This document shows, one piece after another, positions 55,178 to 64,000 of a stretch of DNA of 64,000 nt. The first letter of the stretch is position 1; each line of letters opens with the position of its first letter. Source of the stretch: Camelus ferus. Taxonomy: Eukaryota. Location: the NCBI RefSeq assembly GCF_009834535.1, contig NC_045697.1, forward strand, positions 104,658,001 to 104,722,000, read 5' to 3'. The notes under the pieces are model-generated. The model searched no databases. It had not been told where the DNA came from and saw only the letters and a list, made by a program, of their open reading frames with translations. The position numbers and the translations under genes were made by a program.

Positions 55178-57339
55178 TAAAAAGAGAGCCACTGTGCCTA
55201 AGGGAAAAAAATCAAAGGTGAGTCACCCCAAAAATTGCTACTGAATTAGATGTAAGCAAATCAATCATAAAAGACAGGGGAAGAAAACTATCAAACTGTC
55301 TGGAATAGTGCTTCATAAACTATCTATGGTAAAGAACTTCCCCCTCCTTGAAAAATATCTAACCATCTGTAGACCAATACAGTTGTACTCCACATGACTA
55401 GCATGCAACCCCTACACTAGATTCCAGTGGCACTCAAAGTGGTCCACACCCCCTTCAACAGGTGAGTTCCCTGATTACGTGCTTGGATTTACTGCAATGT
55501 CACACTGCTGCATATTTACTCTCAATCTCTATACTCGTCTGTCATCGACTGGTCATTTGTGGATCAGCACCAGGGTGTGGTCCACACAGTGAAGAGAACT
55601 GAGCTAGCAGAACCCTTTTACACTCACACTTCTTCACAAGCACCTTGAAGTATTCTGTCAGTTTTAAAGAAACTGAATCAATCAGACTATTCATTTGGGG
55701 TATTGGTTTAAACAAAAAAAGGAACAGCCTGATGTCAAATGACAGGCACTCATTTTAAAATGTTTAAGATTAGTATCTGTTATTTTCCAGTTTCTTGAAG
55801 GTAAAGCTGTCTTACTCTGCAACTGACACCAGCCCACAGTACAATACAAAATACATCCTATGTAATCTATTGTTGAGACACTAACTTAGCAATGGATATT
55901 AAAAAATTTCAAAATATCAATGATCTGTTGAATCAATGCCAAACCTGCTCCTAATAATTTCCTGGCTTTGTGTTTCCCTTAGGTTTGCTCTTCAATATAT
56001 CATTCAGATTTCTTAAACTGCAATGCTACTGCTCTGAAAAAATATATGATCCACTCAACTGAAGTATATCTCATATTAAAACACTCAAAATGTTGTGTCA
56101 ATGTCAATGAACTTTAAAAATGCCTTTTTTCTACTAACTAGAAAAACCATTATCTTCCTGATGAGAAATTTAAATACGTTTTGTTTAAATCTGATACTAC
56201 TGGCTTAATAGAAAGTTGAGACACTCCAGACACAAATTTTATTTCACAAATAAATGTCAGAAAAGGAGGCTATCCTTTACTTTGGAAATCCTTTCCCCCT
56301 GGAATAGTGATTCTTCTGATGGGGCATGAGTAATACACTGTTCTTGATGAGAAAAGCAGAGTATTACAAAAACTAAGAACCTGTCCTAGAGAATAAAGGC
56401 AAACTGTGTAGCAAAAGCCACATTCACACTCTGACAAGTTCTGAACCGCCAACGTCTGAATTTAAAATTTTGCATAGTGATATCTCCCCAAAGCAATTTA
56501 ACACCAAGTATTTTTTTCTCAATAACTGGTGATTGCTCAGTCTATGTCCTACAGCAGTAGACCAACAACAGAATCTGCCAGAAGTGTGTAGAGCTCCAAT
56601 TTTCTGTTAAATTGATTATCTTGAAATGTAAGCCCTAGAATGTTGTGATCATTACATGTGTGTAATTTGGAAATATAATCAAACCCTATAGAGTAGCTCC
56701 TCTTACATAATCTAAAGAACTAGACACTTTGAAAGTAAAATGCAGATTTTTAACTAATTTGAGGAGATATCTAAAACTTTTTAAGCTAAATTTCTCTTGA
56801 AAGGAAAGTGGTTGCTAATCTGTGGAGATGGAGTCTGTGTATCAGGATCAGGTTAGCTGTTAGTGTGAACAAACAAGCCTCAGCTGACAACCAACTTTAT
56901 TTTCCCTGCTATTGTCACACTACAACTAGACACTATCAACTTCCTGTCCCTTAAAGGAGTACTGACTTCACTCGCTAAGCCATTTTGATTAAGACTATGG
57001 CACTGTATAGCAGTTACGTTACTGAGACTGACTAATAAAAGTTGGATAAAGGCATTTCTTACATAGAGCTTTTCATTGAATGAAACTTGGTATGACCAGG
57101 TGGTCAAAGCAGTGGTATTAAGGACAGCTGCTGGGACATATAAAGTGATTTACTCTATAGAAAAGGGCACTGCAATGGTGTTTCCTAAACAAGAATTCTC
57201 CTTGTACTTTGTACAAAGCCGTGAAACCAGATTTATTAAAACAAATCCCAATCAAAAACTGGGGGGCTTTACCAGTTCTTCTATTTATGAAATTTCTATG
57301 GAGGGTAGACAGAAATCCCAATGGCAAATCTCCAGCAAT

Positions 57340-57690
57340 TGCCAGAGAAGAGATTTACGACAAGTTCTCCGGCAAGGCCTCACAGTGGCTTCCCTGCCAC
57401 CCTGTGAACCACGGTGACGTCCCCTCCAACAAGGTCTGGATCTCAGCCCACTGTAGGGAACGCTTCCACGACTACTCTGTCTCAGCCCCAGGGGCAGCAG
57501 CTATTACCTAGTGTATGATATACTATTATTACATATTATATCTGCTATCCCTGTATTCCTTTGAGTGCTCTTTACTTCTCACTACTCAGTCCTTCATTAC
57601 TCTGATCCTCTGTTATAGTTTATAATTCTTTATATTAAACTGTCTCTGTTCAAATGACTGTACTACAATTTACCCAATCCAGACTGGTAC
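57340..57690 (+). mobile_element. ERVL-type LTR fragment
   Basis: cccctccaacaaggtctggatctcagccc...tatattaaactgtctctgttcaaat...agactggtaca. Confidence 0.5.
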
Positions 57691-57703
57691 AGAGTAACTC
57701 TTA

Positions 57704-57973
<270 letters not shown>

Positions 57974-58288
57974 TTAATTATAGATGAAAATCACCTTGAG
58001 TTTAATTTAGAATAGGTCCTGACTGCTAAATAAACAATACGTAAATGAACAGATTTTACCACCTACTTGGCAGTAACATGCAGAATTAAGACGGTTTGAC
58101 CACTCTCTACTCTCTCCGTACTTGGCTGCTGTATCATATTCTCTACCTCCATTTTTTTGTGGGTTCCTATCTTTTAGGAGTATGTCCTTGACCCCCTTCT
58201 CTTTTCTTATGCATCCCCAAGGCACTACCTATCACCTATGTATTGATGGATGCTACCCCTACATCTCCAATCAACACCCTCTCTTCTG

Positions 58289-58646
58289 TTTTATTTATTT
58301 TTTTATTGAAGTATAGTCAGTTTACAATGTTGTACTAGTCCCTGGTGTACAGCACAGTGATTCAGTCATACACATATATTCCTTTTCATATTCTTTTTCA
58401 TTATAGGCCATTATAAGGTAGTGAACATAGTTCCCTGTGCTGTACAGTAGGACCTTGTTGTTTATCTATTTTATATATAGTATATAGTATCTGCAAATGC
58501 CAAACTCTCAGTTTATCCCTCCATCCCACCCCTTCTCCCCTGGTAACCATAAGTTTGTTTTCTATGTCAGTGAGTCTGTTTCTGTTTTGTAAATAAGTTC
58601 ATGTCACTTTTTTAAAAATTCTGCATATAAGTGACATCATATGAAG
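58289..58646 (-). mobile_element. 5'-truncated L1 insertion
   Basis: Antisense L1 3' end flanked by 13-bp TSD accctctcttctg (58276-58288, 58647-58659). Confidence 0.88.
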
Positions 58647-58698
58647 ACCCTCTCTTCTGAACCTCAGGCCCATAGATACAACCCCTTATTAGTCATCT

Positions 58699-59352
58699 TG
58701 TTAGAGCAGGCAGATAGCCAGATATGACCAGAGAAAGGGGGACACAGACCAAATGGCAGGAATTGGGCAGAAAGGAGGGGCACAGACCCAATGCAGGAAA
58801 CTACACATTATGTAAGCACCAGAGGTCCCTGTGCAGAGAAAAAAAGCAGGAACCTCTGGGCTGATAAGTGGTCAGAACCTTGAGGGTGATGAGCAGCCTG
58901 GAGGCCAACAAAGAAAGGTTGGAAAAAGTAGGAATCTCCAGTGTCCAAATGTAACCTTTTTCTCATTGTGCCCTCATTTCAATAAAATTAGCCTTGCAGA
59001 TTAGAAGTACCCATCATGTACTGACACTATGACACTTCCGATCCAGACTAAATAAGGACAAAAATCCCTCCTCCCTTTGGGAAGGTGGAGTTGGGATCAA
59101 AATCAGGAAATATGACCGCAGACCATTTCCTCCCTAATGAATATTCTGCCCATTCATTTTTATACCCTATGTAACAAAGCTGCCAAAGAAACTCCGGGCA
59201 GCCGCTCACCTGAGCCTGCCTTCTCTCCCCTTTAGATGTACTATCCATCTCTTAATAAATCCTCACTTTACTTTCTTAACCTCCATGTTTGTCTCTGAAT
59301 TCTTTCTGGGACGGGACAAGAACCTGGAAACCGGTTACATCTACCGGCAACA
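58699..59352 (+). mobile_element. Intact ERV1-type solo LTR
   Basis: TGTT...AACA termini, 4-bp TSD ATCT (58695-58698, 59353-59356), internal AATAAA near 59253. Confidence 0.85.
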
Positions 59353-60369
59353 ATCTCAGCCAGGGATTGTACCCTCAGCCATCTCAAATTTAGCTCAACT
59401 CAAATACTTCCTGATCAGTGTGCAAAGAATAGCAATATATAGCAACATATATCCTGTTCTTGTCCTCACAGAGGCTTCATAGAGAGAAATTTAACACACA
59501 ATTTTGAAAAAATTCAAAATATTCTAAACTGAACCCATCATATTCTCTCACATAGGATATAAGGTTAAGGAACCATCTAACCTCAGACCATGAAGTCACC
59601 TAATAATGCTACCTTAACTCCAGTACTACTTATTTCAAACCCAGCCAATTCTCTCTCAATAGCTTTAAGTGTGTCACCTCCTCTCCCAGGACTGTTGCAA
59701 CGCGGCCCTTGTAACCACTTGCTGGACTACAGCAACAGCCTTCCCACTGTCACCCCAGCTCCAACTACCCCTCCCTCCCTCCAGTCTCCACACTGCAACC
59801 CAGTGGGAAAAGCGAAGGCTGTAGTCATTTCAGCTTTCTCGTGAAAAATTTTATATCATCTGCACATATTTTATACAGGAGAGTTAATACCAGAAACTGA
59901 ATTTTGATGGAGTTTACTAGAGCAACAAGGATAAGGAAGAAGATTCTAGAGTGTGAGGGGGAAAAAAACACAGATTATATTAAATGGATCAGGGAGTTTA
60001 TAGTTAAGTCCCTTGGTGTGGCTGAAGTGTGGGTATGGGAGTAGAGGGAGAAGCAGGAAATAAGATTAAAGAGATAGCTCTTTTGCAGAGGCCCATGCAA
60101 AGAAATATGAGACTGTTCTGCAGGAAACAGCTAGGTACTTAACCCTACTGAACACCCAGCATTGAAATACAAACTTTAGATATACTTTTACTACACACTA
60201 AATATAAAAAAAAGTATTGTTTTACAAGAGGGAACTAAGGAACAAAGATTTAAGGAAACAGCAATTGGATGGATTCATTATTTCACTTCTGCCTACCAAG
60301 ATGAGCAAACTGTATCTCAGCATAACACTTTCTCCTCCTTGAGGCTCGCTGGTCTTGAAATTTACCCTA

Positions 60370-60515
60370 AATTTATGTGAACTACAGATGTCTAGATACT
60401 GATATCTACTGGGTAGAGGTCAGGGATGCTGCTAAACATACTACAATGCACAAGACAGCTTTCCACAGCACAGATCTCATCCAAAATACCAACAGTGCTG
60501 AGGTTGAGAAACCTT
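60370..60515. mobile_element. MER20 hAT element fragment
   Basis: gggtagaggtcagggatgctgctaaacatactacaatgcacaagacagc...gtgctgaggttgagaaacc. Confidence 0.75.
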
Positions 60516-61249
60516 GGGTGAAATAAAGCAAAGCAGCTTCAGGCTGGAAACTGAATGCAAAGGTAAATTAAATCACATTTTGAAATTTAGATTCTAGAAT
60601 AACTTGACAAAAATGTACAGCATTTCAACAGAATAACTGTCCCAAAAAAATCCAATAAATGAAACTTAAAGAATGCATCATCGAATGATTACTTTAATTG
60701 CGAACTTAATTCAACTACAGAAACCCACATTTCCTTACACCTAACAGAAGAGACAAGTGCAAAGGCCCTGGGGCAGGAACTTGCTAGAATTAGAGGTAGG
60801 AGGCCACAAAAGATCACCTGAGGCTTCACTTGCAACAAAACCTTTCGAACTGCAATTGAAATACAAGTTTTGAGATAGAGAAATGACATCATCTGGCTTT
60901 TGTTCTGAAAAGCTCACGCTGGCGGTGTTGAGGTAGACTGCAGGAGAAAGCCTAGATTGGAACCTGAGCCTATGGCAGAAGTCAGCAGCTGATGATTGAA
61001 GCTTGAACCAGAGCAGTAAAAGAGAAAGTAGGAAGTGATATGGCTCTGGATACACAGAGCAAACAGTATTTTCTGATAGGCTGGTTGTGGCTATGAACAA
61101 AAGAAAAGAATCAAGAGTGAAAAGTAAATATTAAATAGCAACCACCAGCCACTCACAGTCCCCCTCCCAATTTATTTACATATGTATTTACGTATACGAG
61201 AAGAACAGAGGATCCCTCTGCCTGCAGCAAGAGAAAGAAGGGCTCTCCT

Positions 61250-61960
61250 CACCTTCACATCGTCTTTCAGCTCCGGCGCCAGGCTGAGCACGAGCAGGTA
61301 GTGGGCATAGGCGGTGCCGAAGTCCTGGGCGCCCAGGCAGTGCTCTGCGCTCTGCAAGGACCGCGACACCAGCTCGTCTCGCCCGGCTGCCCCCGAACCA
61401 CTCCCAGCGCCCTGGCGGGGCCTGGATCGCGAGTTCGGCATGGCCGAGTCACCGCCCAAAACCTGCGCTCCTATCACCGAAGGGAGGGTGCTTCGGTAAT
61501 CGGAACGAGCCAACTGCCTGGATGCCTACACTTTCATGAGACTAACTGGAGCGCAAGGACGGGTACAGGGAAGTAATCTCTCTGCCGCGGCGAGCGTGCC
61601 CACCTCCGCGAGGCAGAAGCCCCGCCCCCACCCCCTACCGGCGGCCCCCACCGGCCGGCGGCGCACGCTACTCCGACGTCAGCGCGCCCAACGTGGGTAC
61701 GTCGCGCCCGCCCCTCCCGCGGGAGGGCAGGAGCGGGGCGGCCACTGCGCGTGCGCCTAGGAGCCCTTCCCCTAATGGTCTCTGTCTGGTTCCCGCCGGG
61801 CTTGTTTATCCGGCTGAATCGCGAGCTTTCTATATCTCCTTCATGGCCTTCAGGAGTGTGTGACTTCGGCTTCTAGACCTCGCTCGGCCGACCCCGTCAG
61901 CGCAAAGCTGCACCCGCCCGCGAGGGACGTGTGTGGGTATGAGGAGAGGCGGTCAGGCGT
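61250..61960 (-). promoter_or_regulatory. PRMT9: PRMT9 CpG-island promoter
   Basis: CpG-dense; GC boxes, CRE-like GACGTCA at 61675-61681, NRF1-like GCGCGTGCGC at 61747-61756. Confidence 0.85.
61253..61441 (-). CDS. PRMT9: PRMT9 coding exon 1 (protein arginine methyltransferase 9)
   Basis: gccATG start; [63 protein letters not shown]; donor GTGAGG; 189 nt. Confidence 0.96.
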
Positions 61961-62899
61961 TTATGGTGATGCTTAAGGCCTCTGGGTCTGGATGCACCAA
62001 AAGTCAGAGTAGCGAGAGTGGAAAGAACCCGAGGAGAACAGAAGCCCCTAGATGTGGTGGAGGAAATGCTTTCACTGGCATTATTTTAAGTCATCCTCAC
62101 AAAACCCTGTGACTTTTGGATCCTCCTTATCTTACAGACGGTAAGAGGGGCATCCTGAGACGATACTAGCCCGAGATCACCCAGCAGTTCGTGGCGTAGG
62201 CGTGGCTCAAACCCGAGTCCCCGAGCACCTGTTCAGTTTTCTTCAAAACGAGCTTAGGATTTATTTCACTGCTCCGTGTATCACCACGTGTATAGTGGTT
62301 ATATGAATGCATAGAAAAAGTTTCTCTACGTTCAAGTGTAACCTCTAAGGGATAGATTGGGAACTTTAAAGGGGTGGGGTGTGGAGTGCATAGGAAGTAC
62401 AGCTAAAAAGTCATATATGTCACCGGTTTCATACATGTTACTGGTGACTGTTTTACTTAACAAGAAACAGAAAATTGAACATTTTGCATATCAGACACTA
62501 ACTTTAGGGCTCCTTGCATTCTCAGAGTTCATCATTTACATGCCTTTTTGCTTTCTCTGTTGAAATTATCTGACCCACCCTTCCTCTGAGCATATACCTA
62601 TGCAAACCCTAACCAGTTCTTCAAATCCAGATCACTAGATTGTGACCTGCTCTCCTAGTCAGAAAGATCCTCAAAGATAGAGTCTGTCCTTAACCACTTT
62701 TTAACTTTGCACCTAGCAGAGTCTGGCTCAACATAAGGACTCATATTTTTTCATTTTAATGGAAATGACATCCTCCCACTCCTAGGTTTTACATACAGAC
62801 TTTCCCAAGCAGTTATGGTCCTTATTTCCCTCTCATTCTCAACTGCTACTTTCTCTACTAAATTTACACTTGAACTTTACAGGATTTCCATATATCAAG

Positions 62900-63355
62900 G
62901 GGAATCATCAATAATCACTCTATGATAAGAGTTTCTTTTGAGCCAAACCGAGAACAAACAGTTCTCAGGAATAGCTCTGAGGAACTGTTCCAAGGAAACA
63001 TGGTTTAAGGTTTTGTATCTTGTCAAAGCAAGGCACATGACTAGGGTACACCCCTTCAAGTTTTTTCAGCAAGTACCTAAAAAGTCAGTATGGCCTTTGT
63101 GTCTGGAAAGGGAGCTATATCAAAGGAGTACTAGCATTGATGTTCCAGGAAGGGAGACATTTATCTCTTATCTGCAGAAGGGACATTTTTCTTCTGGTTA
63201 ATGCATCCTTTTCTTTAATGGTGAAAACAGGTGTACAATGTATGTTTAATAGGCCACAAAACAGGCTTTTCTAGTTAGCATAAAGCTTAAGTTAAATCAT
63301 GTGTAAGCCAGAATGAATTCTCCACACCTCAATATGTGCAAATTTCTTCCACCAC
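62900..63355 (-). mobile_element. ERV solo LTR related to the LTR at 13438-13909
   Basis: Shared motif tttgagccaaac...atagctct.aggaactgttcc. Confidence 0.55.
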
Positions 63356-64000
63356 CTCATGCAACTGAAATGCTAAAGACTAGTGCTAGTAGGATGTAGT
63401 CAAACACAAAAAGACCACTGGACTGAAAAAAAAAAAGTGCAAAGTGCATTCTAGTCTAAGCTGGCCCATTCAAGAACCTCTCAAGAGTCATTATTTGTAG
63501 GGAGGGAAAAAAAAAAGTCTGACTGAAAAAAATAATAAGTATTTAAACTATTATTTTATGAATAAATTGGGTACCTACAGGGGAAAAAAAGAATGATTAT
63601 TTGTAAAAAGGCTTAACAAAGCTACCTTTCCTACTTTGGACACAAGAATAATATAACCATCATATGAGATGCTAGATAAAAAGGCATTTTATATATAATG
63701 TACACATATATTTACAGCTATGTATTGTTAGCATTATCTAGAGTCACTTAAAAACCTAGCTAGGGTAGTAAAATAAAAATTAGATTCCTAATACCTTTTT
63801 AAGCATATGATCAGAAGTCTCTGCAACTCATATCCTTTAAAAGTCAAATTTAATTTTCTGGAATCTCCCTCCAGGAAGCAGAGGGAGAACTCCCAATCTT
63901 TCTCTCCAGAGATTTTTGTTGTGGGGGAAGCACTTAGACTTCATCATTCTAGTCACCGCTGTGAGTCCCTGCTTCTGCTGAATTACTTCACTTTACAGAT

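Noticed and set aside
56281..56385. 105-nt stop-containing cryptic exon in PRMT9 intron 2
   Set aside because: Weak donor (AAA|GTAAAG) and no other evidence
61442..61513. N-terminal extension of PRMT9 suggested by the ORF track
   Set aside because: It starts at TTG; the ATG at 61441 has good context and matches the recalled orthologue start

Overview
Mammalian genomic DNA, probably a camelid (inferred from three Vic-1-like tRNA-derived SINEs). It holds two complete convergent genes, each with a CpG-island promoter. TMEM184C is on the + strand (10 coding exons, 12310-31009, 1317 nt = 438 aa). PRMT9 is on the - strand (12 coding exons, 61441-33032, 2601 nt = 866 aa). All introns are GT-AG and the phases join in frame. 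A disabled, 5'-truncated ZZZ3 processed pseudogene (- strand, ~7276-9215) lies upstream of TMEM184C. The rest is L1, L2, ERV/MaLR LTR, hAT and SINE remnants and microsatellites. Most notable: (1) a 1-nt insertion in the last PRMT9 exon bypasses the ancestral VKQ-stop and adds a 23-aa tail; (2) the TMEM184C leader has several uORFs, a (CAG)9 tract and a 99-codon overlapping ORF that stays open across two splice junctions; (3) the ZZZ3 retrocopy lies in sense orientation to divergent transcription from the TMEM184C promoter; (4) the two genes have back-to-back poly(A) signals. I see no convincing novel multi-gene system. Gene identities and orthologue comparisons come from recalled sequences, not a database search.
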